IMG/VR virus record: IMGVR_UViG_3300037657_000059
Reading direction: 5' to 3' (one strand)
From: an uncultured virus (IMG/VR IMGVR_UViG_3300037657_000059)
Taxonomy: Duplodnaviria; Heunggongvirae; Uroviricota; Caudoviricetes
Length of the DNA: 64,000 bases
Positions within the stretch are counted from its first letter, which is position 1. Each line of letters starts with the position of its first letter. A model generated the notes under the pieces. That model saw only the letters and a list, made by a program, of their open reading frames with translations. It made no database searches and was not told the DNA's origin. Position numbers and translations under genes: made by a program. Positions 43,924 to 54,595 of this stretch are shown in pieces.

Positions 43924-46865
43924 AGTGGCCCCGGAGGACAAACATTATATAAATTGACTTGATTAACACTAATTTTATAAGGCGATGGTAACCACATATA
44001 GGTTAATACTTCTGGAATTTCAATAACTATGAAGTTTCCATCGGGGGAAGAACCTCCCCCTCTAACTAAATTAACAAATCTTGGGGTTGGATTTGCTGGG
44101 GTGATGGTTGCTTCAAATGATTGAATTCCACTATGAATTAATCCCGTTGGAACTGGAAGGTTTGGTTCATAATCCACTGTCCAAAGGGTTTCCCAACCTA
44201 TTTGGCTGGAATAATGATCGGAATAAATTTTATCTAGAACAGCTTGGGCTTGTGCTAGGTATTCAAATGAAACCCTTGTCCAAATTTGGCATGTTCCTAT
44301 GAGTTTAGTTCCATATTCAAAACCCATCTCTTCCCCATTTTTCATCAAAGTAAAATCACTTTTAATAATAATTGCAGAAGGAACTGGTAAAATTACTTTT
44401 TTTCCTACAATGCCTAAATGCTGAACCCAAATACCTGAACCATATAATCCCCATTTCATCACACCTTCTTCAACAATTGTTCCATCACCCCCAGCAAAAA
44501 TATCTATATCATCTGGACGTAAAAGTTCTGCACTTTCCAGTGTTAGTTTTACCCTCGTTATCTCGCTTGCAGATATAGCATTGAATGTCCCAGTTCTAAC
44601 TTTCGGATCAGTAACAGCATCATGAACACCAGTAGCGATCACAGTGCCTGCCCCATTAATAGCTCGAATAGTCCAGAAATCATTATCCATTATTTCTTCA
44701 TACTCTGTTGCTGATCCTTCTTTTAGTTTCATAAATGTGCCCTGAACAGAGTACTTTGTCTGGTGATCGTGGGCACTCGTTCTGATAATACAACGTATCG
44801 TTCCGTCAATCTCTATTTTTCCATCAACTAACGCTCCAGTTATCCCAGATAAAACGCCAGAAATGCCAACACTATAAGGGCCGTTAGGTGGTGCATCTGT
44901 GGGACAATCTCCTGTGCTTGGTGGTAGATATGGGCCTGGTGGAACATAAGGAGGATTCCAGCCCCAATCACCCGGTTCTAATCCAGGCCACACTGGCTCT
45001 TCAAAGCCCGGCAGTTCAATTCCCGGCTCTCCCGGCATCCACGGAATGGGAATCTCGATGGTCACACCAGTGGATCTGTTTCTCACACTCAGATCAGTCT
45101 CCGCCTCCGATTCAAACTGTGTATAAATCGCACCGCGCTTATATTCCAGGGTAATTCTTTTGATGATCAGCTTTTTATTGGTCCATTCAATCTCCCTGGG
45201 AGTGTCAGCAGCTGCTACGGTCAGAGTAATATACTGATTCGGACACAGATCAGCCATGCGATTATTCTGTTTCAATGGCATATCTACCCAGGGAAATGGA
45301 TTATTCAACCAGGCATAATACAAAGCCGAAAGCGTGTTGGCATGCGTCTGGTTATCAAATACCAGGTTATCAAAACTCTCTACCTTTCCAAAGTTAGCGA
45401 TCGCATTGCCAGGTGCTCTGCTCATAATTCTTTGTTCAGGTGTATCATCCACAATTCCGGATAATTCCACCATACCCACTTCCGGGAATTTCCGATCAAT
45501 ATCTATCTGATCGCCCCAATCATCTTTGGTGATTGCCATCACAACAGGAATACTGCTCCGGTTCGCAACTGCCACCAGCTGCGCGGGGATTTCTACAAAT
45601 AAACGATCATACCGATCGCAACATGGACGTGCCAGCATTCTCTGCTCTGCGATCTTCTCAATCTGGCTCCAGATTTTATCAATACTCAATTCTATTTCCG
45701 GCATTCGTCTGGTATCGCCACTCAGAAAAACATCCATCACCATCGTGGCAGTTGATCTCCAATACAGGAGATCAAATAAGGCTTTGTCCACAGTAGGAGA
45801 GGAAAATTCATCCCAATCAGCTGGCGTTTCTGCGTTCGTATAATAAGCAGGATCCGTGCTGATGTGTTTCATCAATTCATTGGATCCAAGGACCTTGAAA
45901 TTTACGGTCCCTTTTTCTCCATCATATTCAATCGATTCTCCGTCAATTCTTCCCAGTGTAATGACGTTCTCATAGCCAGCCAGGTATCCCAGGCTTTGCT
46001 GCGTGGATCCATACCAATCCTCTGCAAATAAAACCACCAGCGCATTTTCAACCACATCCGCTTCTTCCGCTTCATCTCTCAATGCGATCTCAAATTGCCA
46101 ACCGCCGTTATCCACATCCCCGTGGCAACTTATTAATTCAAAATCCTCAGCTGGGAGATGTTCATCATCATACACATAGACTCTGCGGTATCCTGTGGAT
46201 GATTTTCCATTCCCAGCGGTCACTGTACAGGAAATCCTCTTCCATCCTGGCGAATTATATGTAATTGTTGGTGAATTTGTATTCAGATCGGCTGTAGCGC
46301 TCGCTCCAGGAGCTGCCCAGGCGTAAGAACTGATCGTAGACCCCAAAACCCACGATCCGGACCCATCAGGTTCAAAATCTACACTACCATCAATAAGTTT
46401 TAAAACTGCATGCGGACCCATCACGGGTACAGGAGCAAAATTAGCATGCTGATCAACGTATGTAACATCCCAATCAACATAGATCTGATCTGATAAAACC
46501 TGTGGCAGTTTCGCTCGCAATTCAAAATCATCAATCACGGTTAAATAAAGATCATTTGCCCACTCAACCTCACTGGTAGCTCCAATATAAAACGTACTCG
46601 CACCAGGTGTTTTTCTGATCCTCACCGTGCCTTTATCTCTGGAACCTGCACTTGTCCCCACCAACAAGGTCATTCCCACCAGCACATTTCCCAAAGTTCC
46701 AGATCCGCCATCAAACGTGATCTCGGTCACAGGGTCTCCAAACGTGCTCTGGTTGACTCTGGCCGTGTACACCGTGGATGGCTTAAATATCGCCAGGAAT
46801 AACCTGGACCGCTGGTGATCCGATCTTAACAATGTCAGTTCGTCATTCGTTACCGCTCGCGCCAT
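43920..46865 (-). CDS. Large minor tail protein (PKD-like segment, Pro-rich linker)
   Basis: DGSGS..ISSYAW..TY-x-x-PG; position in the tail module. Confidence 0.65.
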   Translation of the reverse strand: MARAVTNDELTLLRSDHQRSRLFLAIFKPSTVYTARVNQSTFGDPVTEITFDGGSGTLGNVLVGMTLLVGTSAGSRDKGTVRIRKTPGASTFYIGATSEVEWANDLYLTVIDDFELRAKLPQVLSDQIYVDWDVTYVDQHANFAPVPVMGPHAVLKLIDGSVDFEPDGSGSWVLGSTISSYAWAAPGASATADLNTNSPTITYNSPGWKRISCTVTAGNGKSSTGYRRVYVYDDEHLPAEDFELISCHGDVDNGGWQFEIALRDEAEEADVVENALVVLFAEDWYGSTQQSLGYLAGYENVITLGRIDGESIEYDGEKGTVNFKVLGSNELMKHISTDPAYYTNAETPADWDEFSSPTVDKALFDLLYWRSTATMVMDVFLSGDTRRMPEIELSIDKIWSQIEKIAEQRMLARPCCDRYDRLFVEIPAQLVAVANRSSIPVVMAITKDDWGDQIDIDRKFPEVGMVELSGIVDDTPEQRIMSRAPGNAIANFGKVESFDNLVFDNQTHANTLSALYYAWLNNPFPWVDMPLKQNNRMADLCPNQYITLTVAAADTPREIEWTNKKLIIKRITLEYKRGAIYTQFESEAETDLSVRNRSTGVTIEIPIPWMPGEPGIELPGFEEPVWPGLEPGDWGWNPPYVPPGPYLPPSTGDCPTDAPPNGPYSVGISGVLSGITGALVDGKIEIDGTIRCIIRTSAHDHQTKYSVQGTFMKLKEGSATEYEEIMDNDFWTIRAINGAGTVIATGVHDAVTDPKVRTGTFNAISASEITRVKLTLESAELLRPDDIDIFAGGDGTIVEEGVMKWGLYGSGIWVQHLGIVGKKVILPVPSAIIIKSDFTLMKNGEEMGFEYGTKLIGTCQIWTRVSFEYLAQAQAVLDKIYSDHYSSQIGWETLWTVDYEPNLPVPTGLIHSGIQSFEATITPANPTPRFVNLVRGGGSSPDGNFIVIEIPEVLTYMWLPSPYKISVNQVNLYNVCPPGPL

Positions 46866-46877
46866 TTATCCAACCTT

Positions 46878-47819
46878 CTACTCCATATACTTGATGCCAG
46901 CATGAACAATAGCTGACCATCCAAAAGCATCCTTCACCCAAACGCTGGATGCTGAACTAACGTAAATATCAAGAATTTCTACCTCTGATCCTGCTGATCG
47001 CATGCCCAAACTTGTTGAACTTGTATTCGGTTCTTTTCTGATTGTTACTACTCGTAGTGTCTTTAGGATTGCAGGAGTTGGTTGTGGAACCCATCCTTCT
47101 CGTGGAGCACCACACTTCCCACAATGACCACGAGAATCATTTTCCGTATATTGTCCGCAATACTCACACCAGAATTTTCCTATCGGAATTGTTGGTGGAA
47201 GATCATCTACAATCTTGAAATGCTCGTTGTATTCTTGGTCTGTCCCATTGAATTTGTTCCCATCAACGCCGGAATAATACCAATCAACTTTTAGATTATC
47301 GGTATGTTGCCAAATTACCCATTTCTTCCAAGACGAGTATCTTGGTAGAGAGGGAACAATCACACCGTAATGAGCAATCCACAAATCACGATCTGCAAAC
47401 ATGGTGCTCTTACTTCCCATAATCTCGAACCAGGCATATACACCAGTGTAAATTCCAACTTTCTTTCCGTAGAGCTTCTCGATCTCATTATGATATTGAA
47501 TCACCACGTCACTGGTCAAACCAGTTACAGGTCGTCTATCTTCAACATCATTCCACAATCCAAGTCGAAGCTTCTTTCCTTTTATAGCTTCATAGAAAAT
47601 AGCTGCCTGTTGTTTTCCAGTGTAATTTCCAATGACATAATGATAGACGCCGATAGGAACATTCCTCTTCAATAATTCCTCATAGTGCTTTTCGAATTGA
47701 GTGTCTACCCAAATACCATAAGCACCACGCAGAATTACACCACTGACTGACTCTGCTAACTTATCATAGTCAATGGTTGATGCTGGTTGCCAAAACGAGA
47801 TATCTACTATTGGCTTCAA
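46878..47819 (-). CDS. Endolysin: GH25 muramidase, zinc ribbon, SH3-like domain
   Basis: DISFWQ, DVE, IYTG, LWIAHY, WQH..VDGN; CEYC..CGKC. Confidence 0.88.
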   Translation of the reverse strand: MKPIVDISFWQPASTIDYDKLAESVSGVILRGAYGIWVDTQFEKHYEELLKRNVPIGVYHYVIGNYTGKQQAAIFYEAIKGKKLRLGLWNDVEDRRPVTGLTSDVVIQYHNEIEKLYGKKVGIYTGVYAWFEIMGSKSTMFADRDLWIAHYGVIVPSLPRYSSWKKWVIWQHTDNLKVDWYYSGVDGNKFNGTDQEYNEHFKIVDDLPPTIPIGKFWCEYCGQYTENDSRGHCGKCGAPREGWVPQPTPAILKTLRVVTIRKEPNTSSTSLGMRSAGSEVEILDIYVSSASSVWVKDAFGWSAIVHAGIKYME

Positions 47820-47896
47820 AATAATCCTTTATTTAATAGTCTGTTTCTCATCTTTTCACCTTTTCCTGAATCCTCAATCCTCAAACCTGAATCCTA

Positions 47897-48292
47897 TTAA
47901 CTAATCTCTTCCTGCTCAATCAAATACTGAAACTTAATCATCAAATTGAACACCAACTCAGCACGGATATCTTCCTCCTCCGGCCAAACCATCACAGCCC
48001 GGAATGTCTTGAATTCCAGATCGTCTCCATCGGTCGGAGTACAGATATAAACAATCTCACTGGTACCCGAGCAAAACTCCCTCAAAAAATCCCGCTGCGT
48101 AAGATCCAGCATCGGAAAATTCCAGCTTGCCTGTGGCCAGCCAAAATCACGCACCTTGCCGCTCGCCAGAGTAACCCGCTCCGATCCAGCCCGAAAAGTT
48201 GCCTGGGGAGTTGGAAGATCATTGTAAAGATTATTCAGCTCCTCCATCCCTTCCAGCGTGGCACCGATCATGTAATCCAATGTCTGTGTCAA
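47897..48292 (-). CDS. Distal-tail-like protein
   Basis: Follows the tape measure. Confidence 0.5.
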   Translation of the reverse strand: MTQTLDYMIGATLEGMEELNNLYNDLPTPQATFRAGSERVTLASGKVRDFGWPQASWNFPMLDLTQRDFLREFCSGTSEIVYICTPTDGDDLEFKTFRAVMVWPEEEDIRAELVFNLMIKFQYLIEQEEIS

Positions 48293-50067
48293 TTAATCAC
48301 CGCCTTAAATTTTGTGTCAAACATTTTACTAAATTCAAGTCTAAGATTTCTCTTTGCGCTTTCAGAAATATCCCCATAGAACACAAATTTATTATCATTT
48401 GTAATTCCATAGGATGGTTTGAAGTTCGAGGAAATTTGTTCCCGAACAACACCATTAATTTTTATTGGTTCACGTGGATAAGAATTGTCAAAAGGTTTTA
48501 CAACTTTGGAGTAGTAATTGATATAACTTTGAGCAGTTTGAGAAAATCCTTTCTCAAGTCCTTCTTGATAATTTGTAAATACTTCTTTGAAATTCTTCAA
48601 AATGTAGCGTAATCTCGCAACAACTTTGTCCATTGAATTTCCTAAGACACCTTCTTCAAATCCTTTCATCATATTTTTTCCCACATCAAAGAAAACTTTT
48701 GAAGGAGAATGCATTCCTAAAATTCTTTTTACTACTTCAATAATGTTTTTTACAGGGTTTACAACGGACAAAATGAATGAATTAGCCATTGATTGAATGC
48801 CGTTGATCATTCCCGCCATTATTTGTCGACCAATATTATTGAAGGACGGCAACATTTTTCTTAAATTGTCAAACAACTTTTTTAGTATGATTTTTTCAAG
48901 TTCTAATATTGCCTTAAAATTTGCCCACGCCTCAGGACCTGCCTCTTTGATTAAAATTATCAAGGCTGCAATCGCTATTCCAAGTGCCAGAGCCGGGCCG
49001 ATTGCTGCACCTAATGCGCCTCCGACTGCAACTAATGTTCCTTTCATTCCGGCCAAAGCCCCTCCTGTCAGTCCAATTTTGGCAGCCAACCCGGCAAACG
49101 AAAACCCTAATTTCCCGGTGGCAGCAGCTGCTGTACTGGCAGCAACAGTTTTGGCACCAAAAGCCTTGGTAATCCAACCCAGTACCTTGGCAACATTTCC
49201 ACCCACAGTCAGAATGGGACCCAAAGCCGCAGCAACCATCAGCAACTGAACAATTGCTTTTTTAAGTGCAGGGTCCATATTATTAAATTTTTGTAGTAAT
49301 GGAATCAATATATTGATCAAATCCGTTACCGCTGGAACCAACTCAGCGCCAAAACTTGTTAATAATTCTTGTGACAATGCACCAAGTATTTTTGTTGAAT
49401 TTGCCAATCCACCAGATGTGTTGATGAAGTCTCCCATTTCATCCTTGGATTGTTCCAGCAATGTTCCATACCTGGCCAGCGCTAGCTCTGCATTTGTCAT
49501 AGCGTCAATAGATGCCGCAATTCCATTCGCCATCGCATATGATTGAACAGCGGAAACACTCAAATCTTTTCCAAGCGCCCTTAATGGTTCTGATGAACCA
49601 ACTAATCCAGCTTTGATTTTTTCAAACGCTTCCTCAGCTGAGAGATTATGAAAACTGCCATAGTCAGATGTAAGTTGAACAAGAGCCTTACTCATTTTTG
49701 CTACTTCGGCTTCTCCAAGCCCCATATTTTTTAGAATTGCGCCATATGTACTTGCAAATCCTAACGCCTCATTTTGTGTCATACCCAAATCAGTTGCTGC
49801 TGTGCTTGCAAACTTATGAATATCTTTTGCCATATCCCCAAAAACAACATTTGCCTTATTTCTTGATTCCTCTAAATCGGATGCCATCTTTACTGCAGCA
49901 GTTCCAGCAGCCACCAAAGGCAATGTCAAACCAACAGTCATCTTATTGCCAACATTGATCATGCTATCACCCACCTTGGTGAGCTTTTTTGATGCTGAGT
50001 CCAATCCTGAGGTGAATTCACTCACATCTGTGACCAGTTTCACTACCAGTTTTGCTAGAGTCGCCAT
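48289..50067 (-). CDS. Tape measure protein (P2)
   Basis: MATLAKLVVKL, GLTLPL, LGMHSPS. Confidence 0.9.
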   Translation of the reverse strand: MATLAKLVVKLVTDVSEFTSGLDSASKKLTKVGDSMINVGNKMTVGLTLPLVAAGTAAVKMASDLEESRNKANVVFGDMAKDIHKFASTAATDLGMTQNEALGFASTYGAILKNMGLGEAEVAKMSKALVQLTSDYGSFHNLSAEEAFEKIKAGLVGSSEPLRALGKDLSVSAVQSYAMANGIAASIDAMTNAELALARYGTLLEQSKDEMGDFINTSGGLANSTKILGALSQELLTSFGAELVPAVTDLINILIPLLQKFNNMDPALKKAIVQLLMVAAALGPILTVGGNVAKVLGWITKAFGAKTVAASTAAAATGKLGFSFAGLAAKIGLTGGALAGMKGTLVAVGGALGAAIGPALALGIAIAALIILIKEAGPEAWANFKAILELEKIILKKLFDNLRKMLPSFNNIGRQIMAGMINGIQSMANSFILSVVNPVKNIIEVVKRILGMHSPSKVFFDVGKNMMKGFEEGVLGNSMDKVVARLRYILKNFKEVFTNYQEGLEKGFSQTAQSYINYYSKVVKPFDNSYPREPIKINGVVREQISSNFKPSYGITNDNKFVFYGDISESAKRNLRLEFSKMFDTKFKAVIN

Positions 50068-50070
50068 AGA

Positions 50071-50999
50071 TCAGGTCCCCGGCAATCGTTTTGCACCAAA
50101 ACCCGAGAAAATATTGCTCAATTTCTGCATCACTTCCTCAGGAGATTTTTCAACTTCATTTGTGAATACTTCACGCATAAAATCTGTTGGTTGGTATGGT
50201 TTCGGTTTTTCTTTGTCATCCCTCGCAGTGTTGGCAATCATACTGGTGACAGTGGCCATGCGATATTCATCCTGAAAAGCCCCAAAGGGTTCCAGGCTGA
50301 AAAATGCAATCCACTCATCCAATAATCTTGACGGCATATTCTCCATCATTCCATCCACATCCCATTCACCAACAGCCAGCGCCAGCCGGAAAGCAAATCG
50401 CCTTCGCTGGCGCTCCTTTAGTTTTTTGTGATCTCTTCCAGATCATTCTCGGTGATGCCGGATAACCGGGCAGCCACATCATAAATACGATCGATTACCG
50501 CAGCACTCTGCCCGCCGATCGCCAGCACATCCTCATCCGTGAAAACCAATTCACCAGAATCAGGATCGATCACAGAAGCAGCAACCAAACGCGCCCTGGC
50601 ATTCTGCAGCCTGAGTTTCATCTGGCCTTTGCCAGCATCCTGCAGGTTGGATTGCTCCCACTTGTCACGCGCTGAGGACATCAATTCCTTCACGCGCACC
50701 TTCGCATCCCATTCCGGAATCTCCACATCCTCAAACCGCACCGGTCTCTTTTTCAGAAACTCTTCCTTCGTCAAATATTTACTCATAGCCACCTCTTCAA
50801 CTGCTCCAACTAGATTTTTGTAATACTCATTTTCTTTCTCAATGAGTTCTTCCCTGCTTTTCTCAAATTTCTCAATTGCATTCAATTCGTTATCAAGCTT
50901 TACGAATACATCTTCTAAATATTCAGCCAATTCTTCACCAGTTGGTGATATTTCTTTGGACACTTTTTCGGACACTTCTTTGGACATTTTCCTGGACAT
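50071..50999 (-). CDS. Tail assembly chaperone G (stop 50418; starts 50999 or 50786) and -1 frameshift product GT (to 50071)
   Basis: A-AAA-AAC slippery site at 50421-50427 just before the stop; open -1 frame LKERQRRRFAFRLALA..EPFG. Confidence 0.8.
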
Positions 51000-51058
51000 T
51001 TTTTCCTTTCGCCTTATCACCCCCTTTGGGGGTTCGCCTTTAGCCTTTAGCCTACGAG

Positions 51059-52006
51059 CTACGAGCTAGCATACTTCTCCACCAGCTCCACAAACCTTCC
51101 CGCGTTAAAAGCATCCCCAATCATCCTCTCCTTCCAGCTCTTCCCGACATTCCTTTTCATCACCCGTTCCAGCATGAGTCGCAAGGCTGGTCCATCCCCG
51201 GCATTCTCCGCTTCCATCGGATAGCGCAGCAGCTGCTGGTACTTGTCATAACTCTTCGCCCATTTCATCGTGGCAGCATGATTCCCGCTATGCGGGATAT
51301 TCTGATCACCGAACATGATCACCGGCTTTCCCATCGCTACCGCCATATAAGCCATTGTCTGATGACCAATCACAACATCAGCAGCTCTAATATCTTCCCA
51401 AACATCGCTGATTTGTGCTCTTCCCAGTTTGTACTTTGGACCCACCATCTTGCGAATCCCGCTCAAATCAATCCTCTTGATATGTCGTACGGTCAGATCG
51501 ATCCCTGGGGTATTCATCAACATCGAATAGATTCTGATATTGGTGTTTTTATCAATCTCATGCAGATACCCGTTCCCGTTCGGGTGGATCGGGCCAAACA
51601 GAACTTTGATCTTTCTCTTGATCTCCACCGGCTTCCAATCCAGGATCGGGCATAAACTCCAGCCAATCGGCTCGATCGGAAGGGGATATCCATACAACCT
51701 CATAATCTCCGCCTGCCCCTCACTCATCACAAACATGACTCTGGTATGCTTCCATAATGGATACATGCCATCCCACTGCAGGTTCGGCCGTGCCGCGTGA
51801 GGGTACATCAAAACCGGTACCTTCCTGCGATTCAGCTCATCCAGCGGAATACGAAAACCCATCCCGGCAGGTCCAACATCATGATCAAAGAGCGCAACCT
51901 TCACGCCATCTTCCATTGGATTCACAGCCTGACGCCATCCGGCAGCATTCATTGCCTGGCTATATGCCATACTTTTATTTTGATGATTGCTTATATAGTA
52001 GACCAA
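51059..52006 (-). CDS. GT-B-fold-like putative glycosyltransferase
   Basis: YPHA; IRAADVVIG..TMAYMAVAMGKPV motif. Confidence 0.55.
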   Translation of the reverse strand: MVYYISNHQNKSMAYSQAMNAAGWRQAVNPMEDGVKVALFDHDVGPAGMGFRIPLDELNRRKVPVLMYPHAARPNLQWDGMYPLWKHTRVMFVMSEGQAEIMRLYGYPLPIEPIGWSLCPILDWKPVEIKRKIKVLFGPIHPNGNGYLHEIDKNTNIRIYSMLMNTPGIDLTVRHIKRIDLSGIRKMVGPKYKLGRAQISDVWEDIRAADVVIGHQTMAYMAVAMGKPVIMFGDQNIPHSGNHAATMKWAKSYDKYQQLLRYPMEAENAGDGPALRLMLERVMKRNVGKSWKERMIGDAFNAGRFVELVEKYASS

Positions 52007-52785
52007 GGCATAATCTCCATCTTCTGCAATAACCCATTCGAATGATCCACCCAGCGCACACCTTCAGCTTCCAGGAAGGGGATAAAGCGCCGTAAATACT
52101 CAGCGGTATCAAACCATTGCCAGGTTGTCTGCGCGCCGCATACGTCAATAAATGATTTCTCATTGAAATAGCGTCCCGGTTCGTACGTCTTTGGATACTC
52201 ATACCAGTGCTGCGATTCTGCCAGCATCAAATCAAACCCGATCGTATGCACCTCAGCAACCCCAAGGATTCCGGCCAAATGCAAGCCCTGCAATCCTACG
52301 GTGCCAATCGTCAGCTCGGCAGCATCCACACCTTCACGCCCCACCGATGGACCCACCAGCAGACCCCTTCCATATTCACGCACACTGAATTCCTTTGGTA
52401 GATATTCCAGTTCCAGACCATACGCCCGCCTCACTTTGATCACATTGCTCTGATCTTTTAACAGGCGATAACTCTTATCATTCACCAGCCTGACCTTCGC
52501 GCCGGTGCGCAAAAACATTTCCATGATCGGAATGTATCGTTTGTTTTTATGTTTCTGTGCCTGGGAGAATGTATGCTGCATATTTTCAATGCACAGCCAA
52601 TAATCCAGCTGTGGGATCTGTCCATTCACACCATTTACGCCAATCACAAAATCAAACGCCAGCGAGCTGGCAAGTTTCTGCCAATTCACGCCGGAGGGAC
52701 CGCCCAAAACCAGCAGGGCACGCTCTCCGGCGTGTTTTCCGGTCAGTTGCATCATTGCGTTGGGATCATCATTTCTATCAGCCAT
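51991..52785 (-). CDS. Maf/DUF115-like putative glycosyltransferase
   Basis: GKHAGERALLVLGGPS, IGVN, TV..LHLAGILG..IGFD. Confidence 0.65.
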   Translation of the reverse strand: MADRNDDPNAMMQLTGKHAGERALLVLGGPSGVNWQKLASSLAFDFVIGVNGVNGQIPQLDYWLCIENMQHTFSQAQKHKNKRYIPIMEMFLRTGAKVRLVNDKSYRLLKDQSNVIKVRRAYGLELEYLPKEFSVREYGRGLLVGPSVGREGVDAAELTIGTVGLQGLHLAGILGVAEVHTIGFDLMLAESQHWYEYPKTYEPGRYFNEKSFIDVCGAQTTWQWFDTAEYLRRFIPFLEAEGVRWVDHSNGLLQKMEIMPWSTI

Positions 52786-52792
52786 AATCGAC

Positions 52793-53287
52793 TCAGACAG
52801 AGGTATCCTCGGTAAATTCGTACTCATCCAGATCCGCTGGTCCACTCAATTTGATCGAGACATCCTGGCGCACCAGATCATTCATCGGGTATTTCTGCCC
52901 CATCTTGGTGATGTGACCCTTGAACTCATACCCCCAGCGATACCCGGTTTGTCCGGGGATGGGAGGTAAGACTCGGAAGGTCGCATTTTCGCGATCATAA
53001 TAAGCCGCTTCAAGGCCAGTAGTAGCATCATGGCTCGGATCCCTTGGATCAAACTGGATCGTGAAATTGACCTCTCCGCCGTCCATCAATCCGGGCATGA
53101 ACTCTTTATGCTTGTTAGGGCTGCGTAGATGAGTCGCTTCAATCGAATCACGTGAGCGTGTCGGACCGTCCAGATCCTCAACCCGCGCAATGGTCGTGAA
53201 AATACTATCTATTGATCTTTTGATCTGCAAAGCAGTATCGTAAGCCCAGGTGGGCTCTGCAATTCCATCTGCAATTTGTTCACTCAT
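52793..53287 (-). CDS. Tail tube (major tail) protein, lambda-V-like
   Basis: IEATHL-x-SP..EF-x-PGL-x-DGGEV..KLSG. Confidence 0.85.
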   Translation of the reverse strand: MSEQIADGIAEPTWAYDTALQIKRSIDSIFTTIARVEDLDGPTRSRDSIEATHLRSPNKHKEFMPGLMDGGEVNFTIQFDPRDPSHDATTGLEAAYYDRENATFRVLPPIPGQTGYRWGYEFKGHITKMGQKYPMNDLVRQDVSIKLSGPADLDEYEFTEDTSV

Positions 53288-53292
53288 TTTTT

Positions 53293-53688
53293 TTACTCCT
53301 CGTAATATTCAATTCTGTAATCCTGGCGCACCGTAAAACTCTTAGTATCCAGGTTGAATCCGTCATACTCATTTTCAAGGTGCATGCTGGCGATTCTCAC
53401 GCCTCCTACACGCCCCTTGAATCCATCCAGTCTCAGGCGCAGCACATTGCCAACCACCAGCGCTTTGTCGTAACTGGCTGCTTTGATGGTGATCTGCATT
53501 CTGGCAGCTGGCGTTTTCGATGGTCCCTGATGCGAGCGTTTCCGCTGGGTAGTGATCGTCTGGTAACAGGCAGCTGGTAAGGCAGCATTCTGGGGAATCA
53601 TCAATGGATAGAACCGGTTTCCGATCTGTTCAAAACAGGAAGGATCCTCAGTCACAATCGCATACAAGGCTTCATCAATTCTGGCCAT
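53293..53688 (-). CDS. Tail terminator (DUF3168-like)
   Basis: RFYP..PQ..LPA..RMQI. Confidence 0.8.
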   Translation of the reverse strand: MARIDEALYAIVTEDPSCFEQIGNRFYPLMIPQNAALPAACYQTITTQRKRSHQGPSKTPAARMQITIKAASYDKALVVGNVLRLRLDGFKGRVGGVRIASMHLENEYDGFNLDTKSFTVRQDYRIEYYEE

Positions 53689-54235
53689 ATCGACTCTCCA
53701 CCAATTTATCAATCTCTTTCCGGAATACCTCTCCGGCCGCATCTCTGGCAGCGTCTTGCTTGCTGTCAGCTGCAGGTCTCAAAAACGGTTTGGCAGCCAT
53801 GCCAGGGTGCTCCACGCTTTTTGTAATAATCAACCCGTTTCTTCCTTCGAATGCCAGCGATCCAACAACTTTTCTTTGTTCTGGTGCCTGATTCTTTTTT
53901 GATTTTCGATGTTTGAAAGAAACATAATTTTCTTTTTTCCCTGTTACTTCGTGTGTTGATGAACCAAACTCAAAGAAGCGCAGATACCATTTTTCTTCAT
54001 CAAAGCCGATATCCACCTCAGCCGTACCACCATCGATCTTTTCATTGCCAATCAAAATTGGTTCTCCACCAGGAGAATTTATTTGCGCAGCACCACGAAT
54101 CGGATCAGCTCCGGCTTTGGCAGCTGTGAGCAAAGCAGCTCTGGCATATTTTCCCAGGCGATCCAGTTTCTCTTTCAATTCCTTATCGCCTTTCATTTTT
54201 AGCGAACTGGTTATTTTGTTAGACGCTTTCGCCAT
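53675..54235 (-). CDS. HK97 gp10-like protein
   Basis: RFFEFG..HPGMAAKPFLRPA. Confidence 0.8.
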   Translation of the reverse strand: MAKASNKITSSLKMKGDKELKEKLDRLGKYARAALLTAAKAGADPIRGAAQINSPGGEPILIGNEKIDGGTAEVDIGFDEEKWYLRFFEFGSSTHEVTGKKENYVSFKHRKSKKNQAPEQRKVVGSLAFEGRNGLIITKSVEHPGMAAKPFLRPAADSKQDAARDAAGEVFRKEIDKLVESRYGQN

Positions 54236-54578
54236 TGGTATCCTCAATCACTTCATCAAGCAGCTCGCTGCACATCAAATTGATCTCCGCGCCAATCTCG
54301 CGCACATTGATTACCGATTCGATCTCGAAATACCGTCCGTTATGGCTCACCCGCATTCTGGGGAGAATATCCTTTCCCGGTTGGTGTCTTAATCGCATCC
54401 TGGTATCAACATCCGCCTGTACCTGCCTGGCTTCCAGATATTCACGCCCGCGCAACGGCTCAATGCTCGCCCAGGCACGCAGAAAAACAAACCAGGCGAT
54501 CTTTTCCTCACCATTGGCAGCCCTGCTCACCTGCTTATCCAGCACCGCAATCCGTTTACGCAATTTTCCACTTTGCAT
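54219..54578 (-). CDS. Head closure protein
   Basis: GKLRKRI..WASIEPLRGRE. Confidence 0.88.
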   Translation of the reverse strand: MQSGKLRKRIAVLDKQVSRAANGEEKIAWFVFLRAWASIEPLRGREYLEARQVQADVDTRMRLRHQPGKDILPRMRVSHNGRYFEIESVINVREIGAEINLMCSELLDEVIEDTNGESV

Positions 54579-54595
54579 ATCATGCCCTTTGGGTA

